Assembly: GCA_051530055.1 (NCBI GenBank)
Contig: CM121341.1
Location: forward strand, 14,486,784-14,550,783
From: Neoechinorhynchus agilis
Taxonomy: Eukaryota > Animalia > Acanthocephala
Length of the DNA: 64,000 nt
Direction of reading: 5' to 3'
The position numbers were made by a program, and so were the translations under genes. Numbering within the stretch: position 1 is the stretch's first letter; each line of letters begins with the position of its first letter. The notes beneath the pieces were generated by a model that saw only the letters and a list, made by a program, of their open reading frames with translations, had not been told where the DNA came from and ran no database searches. This document shows positions 50,244-60,379 of this stretch, piece by piece.

Positions 50244-50603
50244 TTAGAAGTATTCACCCGGTAAATGGTTTTTTAATAAATTCGTTCTGCGAACCTCGTC
50301 GAGTTCATCATCAGTTTGTTAGCGTCTTTTAGTAGCTAACAAAATGATGATGAACCCTAGGAGGTCCGCAGAACAACAACAACAACTTTCTTCATACTTT
50401 TCCCTTCTCGGGGTCGCATAAAAACTTGCAGTACTAAGACTTCAAACACCCCTCCGCACCGTTTCTCTCTCAAACGTCGGTCCTCAGCCACACAATCTTT
50501 CCATCGTTTTCTCGACCTTCCGCGCTCCCTTCGATATCTATTTGCTCAACAGGAGGTTCGCAGAACGTCTTTAATAAATGCTTTACCGGGTGAAGGCTTC
50601 TAA
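50244..50603. mobile_element. MITE-like element with imperfect TIRs of about 50 bp
   Basis: ttcacccggtaaa (50253) / tttaccgggtgaa (50582); cgttctgcgaacctc (50283) / gaggttcgcagaacg (50553); ttagaag / cttctaa. Confidence 0.65.
50375..50550 (-). mobile_element. RTE-like LINE 3' end with (GTT)n tail and 16-bp target-site duplication
   Basis: Minus strand reads RGRSRKRWKDCVAED (RTE-type C-terminus). Flanked by aggaggtccgcagaac (50359-50374) and aggaggttcgcagaac (50551-50566). Confidence 0.75.
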
Positions 50604-51273
50604 GTAATAATTCAAATCATCACCGGTTTTAAATTGACTAATTTATTTTCGATACACAATGATAAAACGTTCATAATGTCTGAATTATCCGAAGAAATAT
50701 CGATTCAAAAAAAATCCAAATCCGGGATTTTATAAAAACCAAAAAAGGAAAGACTATTTTCGCAAAACACGTGACAAAATTCCGATGATTAGCCAAAAAA
50801 TTTCCTTCCACGTGTAAGACCCGTGACGAAATTAGCCTAAAGATATTCTCCACGAGATAGTTTATACACTCAAATCTTACGAATTCCCATATTGTGATTT
50901 AAAATTAAACCCGAAATTGATTACTCTTTGGCGCAAACGTCATTGGGACGATTGTATAAATTCTTCCGTATATCTGCCTAACGTTTTAAAGCAGAGTTTT
51001 TTGTATTCGCGCTGCGATCAAATGGTCGTTGGCGCACGCCACTTACTTTTGACGTCGCTGAGCAGTGCAGAAAATCTAATACGAAAGAAACATATAATGA
51101 GATGACACTTTCTTATGTCGTCGTACGAGTAGCCATGAGCGTGTGCTAAGCTCTCTTTGTTGTAGTTGTTAATCGGTATTTTCGTCATATGACAATTTCG
51201 ACTGAAGACTGGATTTCTTCAGTGAGGAGGTCGAAATTCGCCGTGATTTCGCCATTGGTTTTTGCATTTCAGA

Positions 51274-52131
51274 ATGTCAAACTTGGACATTGCTCTCGAT
51301 GACCTTATTAGTCGGCATCAACAAGGTCGCCCATCATCGTCCAGGCGGCGTATAAGCAGTCGGCAGTTCCGTGACTGGGACAGGCCGGATCCAGGATTCA
51401 ATCGTCCGCCGACTTCACGCGTTCGAAGACGGTCGCCAATCTACCACCATCCACTCAATCGTAACTATGGTAATTAGTTCATTAATAGAACAAAATAACC
51501 TCTAGGTCACTCTGTATACTAAGATTATGATAGACCAATGGATAATACAACCAGAACCTTTCAGGCCTTTCGGACGTCACAAAGAGAAAGAAGATGGGTT
51601 CATGATCTCTACGAACGAAGACCCGATCGATACACGGCATCGAGGAGACACAGATCTCGTTCCCCTCTACGTAGCCAGTCGGAACGGACGCGACATTCAA
51701 GACAGTCGATCATTGTTTCCAATCTCCACCACCGAGTTTCGGAAGACGATCTTAGGGATTTGTTTAGTGAGTTTGGAGTCATTGGTCCAGTTCGAATGAG
51801 CACTGATTCCGCTGGTCGATCATTGGGAAGTGCTGTTATAACATTCGAACATCGGAGAGACGCTCTACAGGCGCTAGCTGAGTATCGAGGTGCTGTCTTG
51901 GACGGACGACCCCTTCATGTCATTATGGATGACGCCGACGATGGACGTCGAAGGATACACCCACCCGCTAGAGGTCCGCGCTTCTCTGAACGGACTACTA
52001 GATCTACTGCTTATCGAAAGAGAATGACAGCTGAAGAACTTGATCGACAATTAGACGAATATATGGCAAGACGAGCTGAAAATCGAAGAGGACAGACAGC
52101 CTCAATGGCGACAGTTGGTAGAAACGGGTAG
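51274..52131 (+). CDS. ALYREF: Aly/REF mRNA export adaptor (THOC4-like)
   Basis: N-terminal MSNLDIALDDLI, RRM IIVSNLHHRVSEDDLRDLFSEFG...GRSLGSAVITF...AEYRGAVLDGRP, C-terminal TAEELDRQLDEYM. Intron 51470-51523. Confidence 0.9.
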
Positions 52132-52463
52132 TTACGTGTGATTGAGTTACGAAAAAGTCATGATCGCTAAATTTAAGATTGGGAGAAAGTTTTGAAGCTA
52201 ATATGAAGCTTGATTCTCGTAAGAGTTGTAGCATAGTGGCGATTACTACTTTTTAATTGAAAAATGACATGACTTGTTGCGCTTAGATGTTATACATTGC
52301 TTTTGGTCCATAAAGCCGAGAAAATCTCAGACTCAATGCTATAGAAAGTACGAGCGTATCTACTTAAGCCAAATTGACGATAGATGAAAAAATGTGTCTA
52401 TATGACTCTTTAAGAATTGAAATCTACTTGAAATCAAAAACTATCTTATATTCTATAAGTTTT

Positions 52464-52511
52464 GCGATCCGGTCACTTGTAATCGTCGGCGATTACAAGT
52501 GACCGAATCGC
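52464..52511. repeat. Palindrome (16-bp perfect arms, 4-nt loop) followed by a partial duplicate
   Basis: cggtcacttgtaatcg-tcgg-cgattacaagtgaccg at 52470-52505; cttgtaatcgtcggcga repeats at 52511. Confidence 0.9.
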
Positions 52512-52559
52512 TTGTAATCGTCGGCGACGGAAATATTTCATGGCGTATTAAAAACTTAA

Positions 52560-52830
52560 ACAACGCTAAGACCAAGATCAAAACGATATACGGGACTCGG
52601 TCAAATATTCTACTCTTATTGATGTTGCACTGAAGAAGTGCTTTGAACGAGTTGCTGAAACTCTAAAGAGTACATTAATTGAAGCGATAAGCACAGTTAG
52701 GGATATATTAACGGAGGCTATTCAGTGCGAAATGGAAGCTCTTAAAAGTGAACAGTTGATCGAAGTCAAAAAGTGCAAAGGGAAGAAAGCTGACGGTTCA
52801 AGGAAGCAGACAAAGGTTTCAAACGGTTCC
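52560..52830 (+). pseudogene. ORF fragment with an inverted paralog at about 54.96-55.15 kb
   Basis: SVKYSTLIDVALKKCFERVAETLK...KKCKGKKADGSRKQTKVS; near-identical DNA lies inverted at 54960-55095. Confidence 0.6.
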
Positions 52831-52859
52831 GGTCAGGAGGGAAAGTTGGTGTTTACTGG

Positions 52860-53310
52860 TGTAGGAGCGTTTGTTAGGTTGGTCTTTCTTCAGGTTCATA
52901 TCGGGTGATGATATCCGAAAAGATTGAGCAGTGTGGAAAAAGAAGCGGAGGAAGAGATAGGTTCGGAGGTACAATAAGATGAAATGAATTGGGATTGCGA
53001 GTGTTGTGCTCATGTGAAAAGGAGAATAAAATGTGGTTGAAATCGTGATAGCAGGGTTGAGAGGCGTTTTGATTTTATGAAAATAGTATCAAGGCATTTG
53101 GCGAGCAAGCTCTTCTATGAAACGTTTCAAAGGCGACGGATTCGTGATCGGGAAAGGTTGCAAAAGACGTGATAGCCACAGGAGATGGAGGGTAAAATAA
53201 TGTTGTAGTAAAAATTTGGAGATCGGGTGAAGGGACTCCTAAATAGCGGAGGCGTTTGAGTAGGTAATTTTTAAAGGTGATGCGTTTGAGGGAAAGGAGT
53301 TCCATTTCAG
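52860..53310 (-). mobile_element. L2/CR1-like LINE 3' fragment
   Basis: LRYLGV..., HEHNTRN, LIVP, SAFFHTAQ..: C-terminal motifs typical of CR1/L2-group ORF2, degenerate. Confidence 0.5.
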
Positions 53311-53345
53311 ATTTGTTCTATCCAATTGTTCCTTGATGTGTATTC

Positions 53346-53454
53346 TCAATGGCGAATTGTAACACACTAGAGCTTTATTAAACACTTTAACAATGCTTGA
53401 AAATTCGCAAGGTTGACTTCAATAAAGCTTGAGTGTGCTACAATTCGCCATTGA
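53346..53454. repeat. Inverted repeat (34-bp imperfect arms) between two oppositely oriented LINE pieces
   Basis: tcaatggcgaattgtaacacactagagctttatt / aataaagcttgagtgtgctacaattcgccattga. Confidence 0.85.
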
Positions 53455-53599
53455 TAATTTCAGATTTGATTGAAATTGGAAGGGCCCACGAAGCAGAATG
53501 CACCACCCGTCTTAGCAATCCTGATCCCTTCCCAAATTTGTCCTATCAATCAGAACATCTGCCATAAAGCAAATTACAATCATTGCTCCTATCACTCCC

Positions 53600-54055
53600 A
53601 CAATTATCACTTATGTCAACTGTCTAATACTTCAATTAGTTTCGTCATATAAAATCCTCCAACATCTCAAGAAATTACCTCGAACCCACATTATAAACCA
53701 CAGCTTTTTATATGGCATCTACACCCTCATGCCTGAAAACTCCTAAAGTTATTATTCTTCCCCGAAAAGGACATCGAATTTCCACCGAATCATTCCGTCC
53801 AATATCCATTTTACCCGCTCTTTAAAAAACCATCGAAAAATATTTTAAATCTCGCCTTCTTCAACTTCTCAACAACAAATTATCGCCCCTAAAATTCGGC
53901 TTTCGACCCAAATTTTCTGCAACCGATGCCCTACTTTGCATTTATGACACGCTCCCGCGTAACTTGACAATAATCTCTCCCACGTCACCCGTCTCATTCA
54001 GCTTGATTTATCGAAAGCATTCGACTCCGTGGAACACTCACTACTCCAGGCTTGC
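53600..54055 (+). mobile_element. L2/CR1-like reverse transcriptase fragment (decayed)
   Basis: FRPISILPAL, KFGFRPKFSATDALL, LDLSKAFDSVEH, with stops and frameshifts. Confidence 0.85.
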
Positions 54056-54387
54056 TCTGATTTCGGTCAAAACGCGTTGCTGATCCATTGGCTGACCTCT
54101 TATGATTTTTCGGTCGGCGGTAGAGGTGCGCATACCCAAAGAAGTTGGAGAGTCGTTTAAAGTGCTCGTTAAAATCGAAGGTTTATGCTGTTAATATGAT
54201 GTTGGGGATGAGGATAGATTGACGGTTGCAACATTCGATAATGGTACCGATATTTTTTGGATCGTACGGGTTTGAATGATTTTTATAGATTTTATATGGT
54301 AGATTCGAAAAGGAAGTTGATAAGTAAGGAGCTTGTATCTCCTGTTAATGAAGATCGACGCAATGAGTGATGAGTTAGAAGTAACTT

Positions 54388-55150
54388 TTAAATTACGCAG
54401 GTGCGGGTAAGAGGGATTTTTGGAGAAAATACGCAGGTGGGATTTATATCTTCGAGGGAGGAGTGCATGATATGACGGGTCGAATACAGAACGGCGAGGA
54501 ATGATGGGCGAGGTGGAGAAGGCGTATCATTACAGAAATGAATCGGAGGGTTGATTAATTTTGATGGTGTTAAGGTCGACTTCATATTCTTATAGTTCAT
54601 TGTTCCTCCTTTTGCTCTTGTTCCTACTCGTTCAAATTTTTCTTCGATCTTTTGGTCAATCGTAGCTTTTTTAGCAGTTACTTCAACTGAATCGCTTTCG
54701 CTTTTCCTGTCGTTACCTTTTATCACAGTCACAATATCATACTCCACAGTAATTTTAGAATCATGAAGTACTATAGGCTGTACCAAGTCCCCAGGAATTG
54801 CCGAAATATTCGCAGTCTTTAGAAAACCAATCGTTTCCAACGAATCTTCGTTTGAATTTGGCATATTGATGACATCTACCTAAACCGTATTCTTCTTTGT
54901 GGAAGCTTCACTAGTCGATTTCAGTAAACCTTTAGTCTGTTTCTTAGAATTCACCCTTGAAACCTTTGTCTGCCTACTTGAACCGTCAGCTTTTTTCTCT
55001 TTGCACTTTTTAATGAACCCTTTAGAGTTTCGGTAACTCGTTGAAAGCACTTCTTTAGTATAACATCAATAAGAGTAGAATATTTGACCGATTCGCGTTC
55101 AATGTTTATTGATTTGATTGTAAATTTTTACGGTATGATCTTATTTGTCG
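54388..55150 (-). pseudogene. Disrupted ORF paralogous to the 52560-52830 fragment
   Basis: SVKYSTLIDVILKKCFQRVTETLK, then an internal deletion relative to the other copy, a frameshift and a stop, continuing into ORF 54388..54864. Confidence 0.5.
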
Positions 55151-55763
55151 TTTTGATCATTGTTTCAGCGTTCAATATGCGATGAAGAGTTTTTGACATC
55201 AAGATTGTTCGATTGTTCACGAAGACTCAGATACATGGTTCCTCTACTTTCAACATTAACATGGGTTTATTATTTTGATCTCTAATTTTTAACATTCCAT
55301 CTTATGATAGAGATGAGAAAAACTGTTCGAAGTGCTTCTCCTTCGCAATCGGGAGCGCTTTACGAATTCGCGAGTTTCCTCGGTGCAAACGAGGGCTTCT
55401 TAAGGATCAAAAACATCTCGGTGATAAAGTTTCACAGAAAAAACCGAGAGATGATCAAGCGGTGAAGCTAGTAATTTTAAACTAAAGGTGTTCCCAGCGA
55501 CCTAAGGAATTATTAATAAACGAATTCCCGTTCTTCGAAATATATGTTCAATGGTATCAGAGAAAGGCAGTTCAACACTCGCATTTAGATGTCCCCTGCG
55601 CAGGTCTCATCATGTACTAATATAGTAATGTTGAAGTTCATAAAACTTTCCCAAGTCCAGCATGTAAATTTTAGATTTATTCAATTCTGCTCGTACTCAA
55701 AAAGTTCATCCACTAAATCAAGAAAAGGTGAAAGTGGCAATATAAAAGGAATTTTAGTTATCT

Positions 55764-56014
55764 TTACACAATAATATTATTGATTGGAATATGTACGAGC
55801 TTAACTATGTAACCAATAGCTCCCATAATCGCAAATCCAATCGCAGTAGCAATCACAATCTTCTGATACTCTAATTTTAATGAAATTAAAATTTAAGAAC
55901 GGAAAAAAGCGACAAATTACCTTTTTTGTCCGGTTTAGTGCATTTCCTAACAAGCCGCGCAGAATCACGCGCAAATGTTTTCACAGGAACAAGAGAACTC
56001 AAAATCTGATCCAT
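55764..56014 (-). CDS. SEC61G: Sec61 translocon gamma subunit
   Basis: [31 protein letters not shown] / [35 protein letters not shown]; intron 55871-55920. A tiny further 3' exon is not excluded. Confidence 0.96.
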
Positions 56015-56182
56015 TTGAGCAGGTCGCCAAGACTTTGAACTTAATCGCTTATATAATCGTACATTGTTCTTTCGGGCACATAGCGCACAGCTAAACAATA
56101 TTACGTCACACGTTGAGAAACGCGACTTTTTATTCGCGTGTTGTGTTCACGTTGCAACTATGTGCCACGTGCGTGCTTTCTG

Positions 56183-56216
<34 letters not shown>
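56183..56216. repeat. (ATT)n microsatellite, about 11 units
   Basis: Read directly. Confidence 0.95.
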
Positions 56217-56217
<1 letters not shown>

Positions 56218-56779
56218 GTCACCACGATGAGAAAATGGTTCTTGCGGATTCGAGGATACGTCACGAGTAAGTGAAAAATTCCTCATTTTTATTTGAAGGC
56301 TTTTACGAGATAAAATACTTTATTTGCGTTGTTAGTCCAATCTCTTCCTTTAATTAGCGTTAGATCATTCACACCACCGCTCTGTATCACTCAGCTGCCG
56401 TCCTGGTGTAACGGTCGAAAGGACGGATGCATTCCCTCGTTGCAGGGACAGACTTATGTTTTATATTAGGAATGCTCTGGAGATTCAATCACATGGTTTA
56501 TGGCAGAACTAAAAGTTGAGACAATGGTATGAGAATTGACGGTTGTAGCAGTCGCCGGAGTCCCTCCGCTGATTCTTGGAAAAGTACCTATTTGCCTTCT
56601 AATTTTCAGGGCCGGCATAACTCTGTTACGTAGTTCCCTCCATTGGATTTCTATCGATTATTTGCATCGTGGTACGTCATCTCTTAGACGCAACAAATCT
56701 TTTTCTGAGTTCACATCAGTCATTGCGCACTGTTAGATTGACAAATTGAGACATGACAAAGTCCAATTATCCACAAAAC

Positions 56780-56922
56780 CGTACCATTCAAGTGGTGGGA
56801 CGAAATGCCGCTCAAGATAGAGGAAACTCACTGATGAGTTACGCCTTTTCCGGAGGTATATGAGGATCCGGACGGGGTTGTACCGCTCAATTTCTTTCCC
56901 TCTGCTCAATCCTCCAAATGTG
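56780..56922 (+). repeat. Dispersed, diverged relative of the 268-bp satellite unit (inverted relative to the array)
   Basis: Its reverse complement shares actcatcagtgagtttcct with the edge copy near 31285, plus agcggcat and ccgtcc.gat.ctca.atacctcc with the core units. Confidence 0.75.
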
Positions 56923-58830
56923 AATTGATTCGGAGGAAAAAACGATATATCCGGCCGATAGCTGTGGGCTGCACTCTAAGACGGTTGGCAGGGAGGATAT
57001 TGTGCAAGCGAATGAGCGAAAGGGTGGGTGAGCAACTCCGACCTTTTCAGTTGGGTTGCTGTACTTCATGCGGAGCGGAAGCGATAGTTCACTCCACACG
57101 TACCTACATCGACGCTTGTGTCACCCCAGTGATTATCCTTAAAGTCGATTTTTCGAACGCCTTTAATACAGTCGATCGAACAGCCTTGCTAAGTACCATT
57201 GCTCGAGAATTACCTGAAGCCTATGAATACTTTGTGAAGGCGTATGGTTCTAAGACACCTCTACATTTCAACGAACATACCATTTGGTCTGAAACAGGTC
57301 TGCAACAAGGGGATCCCCTCGGTCCCATTGGATTCTCGCTAACAACCAACGGAATATCCCGCATGCTCAAGGCAAGTTTGAACGTGTAGTACCTGGATGA
57401 TGCGACATTGGGCGGTGACCCAAAGACGGTCCTAGAAGACCTGCAGTCTTTGCTCTTCTTTGCGGCTGAGTTGGGCTTACGTGTCAACCCCGTGAAATGT
57501 GAGTTATTACCGCTGAATATACCACTTTCTCACATGGCGGAAATTATCCAGTCTTTCGAATCAATTGCCCCAGAAATTCGATTAATCAACCGAGATAGCT
57601 TTAATCTTCTCGGCCGTTGCGTACTGGATGAGAACATAGATCGCGAAATCGAAGAAGAGCTACTTAAGCTAGATCTATTGTGCTCACGTGTTCAAGAACT
57701 GAACACACACGAAGCTCTCTTCTTGGTGAAGAACTGTCTATATATTCCGAAGCTGATGTTCAAGATGATTTCCAGCACACCAAACGCCTCCTTGAATTAG
57801 ATAAGTTGTTGGAAAAACATCTTGAAAAAATCACAAACTGCGCCATCACGGATGAAGCATGGTAGCAAGCTACCCTCAAGATCAATTACGGAGAATTGGG
57901 CCTCCGAGGTGTGGCTGATTTGGCTCTCCCGGCATTCATATCCTCGATGCACAAGACTAGGGATTTGCAGGGGAAAATTATTGCGGACAATAGGTCAAAG
58001 CCATGCAAACTATTGAAACAGGGAGTCACATCATGGCTCTCGCAGACCGGTCTGCAACAAGCTCCAACCAACGCGCACGAACAATCTGCTTGGGATAAAC
58101 CCTTAATCCTGACGGCTCACAACAAACTAAAAGGCCAGATGGACGAGATGTCTCAAGCTAGACTTGTGGCCAGTTCCTCGAAGGAGTCAGACGCATGGTT
58201 GAACGTTTTGCCAATTGGTACTTTGGGAACTTTGCTGGACGACGAGACAGTTCGAATAGCCGTCGCTCTACTTTTAGGACTTCCAACCTGTGCCCCACAC
58301 CAATGCCAATGTGGTTCAGAAGTCGACGAGCTCGGAAGACATGGACTCTTCTGCAAGAGGTCGACTGGTCATTTTGCGAGGCACGCGGAGCTCAACGCGA
58401 TTATTAGCAGCGCTCTGAAATCGATACACATCCCCAGCGTCTTGGAGCCAAATCATCTACGTCGCTCGGATGGTAAGCGCCCGACGGTATCACCGTTTTC
58501 CCTTGGAAAGAAGGGAAAAGTCTAATTTGGGATGCAACGTGTATCGACTCACTTGCCCCGTCAAACCGACAAGAGGCCCTAACTGAGACGGGAGGAGCGG
58601 CGAGTGCGGCCGAAAGGAGGAAAGTAGATAAATACAAAGAGCTACGACTCCTTTCGGCGTGGAAACGCAAGGGGCACAAGGATCGTCAGCACAAAACTTC
58701 TGCGCTGAACCCGGACGGCGGCTCACATCCTGCACAGGAGAGCGGCGCGAGAGGACTTTCCTAATCCAAAGGATTAGCCTCGCAATCCAACGAGGAAATG
58801 CCGTCAGCGTCCGAGGCACAATCCCAGCTT
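56923..58830 (+). mobile_element. 5'-truncated CRE-like non-LTR retrotransposon B (RT plus RLE), decayed
   Basis: IRPIAVGCTLRRL, KVDFSNAFN, GLQQGDPLGP, *YLDDATLGG, CQCG...HGLFC...RHAELN, RSDGKRP, LIWDATCIDSLAPS, QRISLAIQRGNA. In-frame stops. Confidence 0.94.
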
Positions 58831-59036
58831 AAAATAAAACACTTCTGAAAAGAAAAGAAAATTTTTCAAAATAAAAGATTGTTCATGAAAAATCGGATAG
58901 AAATTCATTTAGACAGTCGCCCGAAATTGCAGAATAATTCAAACTCGCACTTGTTTCCATAGTTACCTTGTATAGACTAGACCGTGTTAAGTTTAAATAA
59001 AAAAACCCAAAGATCGTAATCCTAAACCCCTAATCG

Positions 59037-60284
59037 ATGTCGAGATTCCTTGAATCAAAAATCATACAAATTCAATTGGGAGGCTGCGGCAACCGCCTAG
59101 GTTGTGCATACTGGAATCTTGTGATGAACGAGCACTCGATAAGTACAAAAAACGGCGATTATTTAGGAAAGGACGCCGGAAGTGATCTGGATTTGGCTAA
59201 AAGTATCTTTTACGAAGTGAATACAGTTGGTTTAGAAGCTATTCGATTCCGTCCAGCATGTATTTGTGTAGGTACCGACCAGAGTGATAACGTGACGGAA
59301 GCACTGGCTGACTATGACATCGATTGTGTTTCGAGAGATCAGATTGTTCAATTGTCCGGCAATAATGGAGACTGTAGCGATGTGGACGTAAATCCCAGTC
59401 AAATTGTGGACGCGATTCGACTCGATATTGAACGCGCCGACCACGTTGGAGGCTTTGAGTTGTTACACTCGGTTACAGGGAAATTCACAACGAATTGCAC
59501 AACGAACCTGATGACTTCTCTTAAAGACAATTATCCAAAAAAGCTCATGGTGAATGGATGCGTATTTCCGTCTTCTTCTAGACCTAGTCGAGGTCTTAAA
59601 AAAATTGGAAGTTTATCACTTCTAAAATCGCTAATTGAGCATTCAGATGGATGCTTTTTATATGACAATGAAACACTTGAGAATGTGTGGACAAGATCTC
59701 TGATGATCGATAACGTTGATCTTCAAGATCTTAATCAACTGATTGCATTTCATCTTTCCGGAATTTCGGCATCGTATCGATTGAAAGGTTCATTGAACAA
59801 ATCCTTATATAGCCTAGTAAAGAACGCCTGTCCAATTGAACAAATGCACTTCTTTCTCCCATCAATCGCGCCAATTCTAAGCCAAGAAAGTCGATTATAT
59901 GCCCGAGGAGACATTTTGGAACTGACTCGAAATTTATTTGATCGACGAAATGCACTTTTTTGCCCTAATTCGTCAAAAAGAGTCAAATATTTCGGGATGA
60001 GTGGAGTTTATAGAGGATACGCTGCAAGTCCATGGGACATTAGACGAGAAATGTATAATCTTAAAGAAAGAAGGAACTTAGTGTTTTCCAATTCAAACTT
60101 TTTATATGAACACGCTGTTGTATCGTCAACGAATCTTCCTTGCGATATCCCCATAACCGCCGCGGTTGCGTGGTCTTCAAGTGCGATTACGTCAATATTC
60201 AAGAATAGCGAATCACAGTCTGAGGACAACAATGAAGAATTGATTAAAATGCAGGAATTGTACGAACAGTGCGAAATGTTCTAA
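59037..60284 (+). CDS. Highly divergent intronless tubulin (mostly beta-like, some gamma-like residues)
   Basis: 415-aa intact ORF: IIQIQLGGCGNRLG..YW..EHSIS, GFELLHS, YPKKLM, DNETL, DLNQLI, GSLN, MHFFLPSIAP, ELTRNLFD, YRG, SSAITSIFK. Confidence 0.9.
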   Translation: MSRFLESKIIQIQLGGCGNRLGCAYWNLVMNEHSISTKNGDYLGKDAGSDLDLAKSIFYEVNTVGLEAIRFRPACICVGTDQSDNVTEALADYDIDCVSRDQIVQLSGNNGDCSDVDVNPSQIVDAIRLDIERADHVGGFELLHSVTGKFTTNCTTNLMTSLKDNYPKKLMVNGCVFPSSSRPSRGLKKIGSLSLLKSLIEHSDGCFLYDNETLENVWTRSLMIDNVDLQDLNQLIAFHLSGISASYRLKGSLNKSLYSLVKNACPIEQMHFFLPSIAPILSQESRLYARGDILELTRNLFDRRNALFCPNSSKRVKYFGMSGVYRGYAASPWDIRREMYNLKERRNLVFSNSNFLYEHAVVSSTNLPCDIPITAAVAWSSSAITSIFKNSESQSEDNNEELIKMQELYEQCEMF

Positions 60285-60379
60285 CGGATTTTTAACTAGA
60301 TTTAACAGAATAACGTCCTCTAAAATAAACATTTGAGCGAAAATAATAAACACTGATTATTAAGTGGTCTCAAATTCCT

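Noticed and set aside
51200-51240. Hammerhead core CTGAAGA...CGAAA upstream of ALYREF
   Set aside because: Stem II closing pair is C-C and there is no room for stem I; a simple hairpin explains it.
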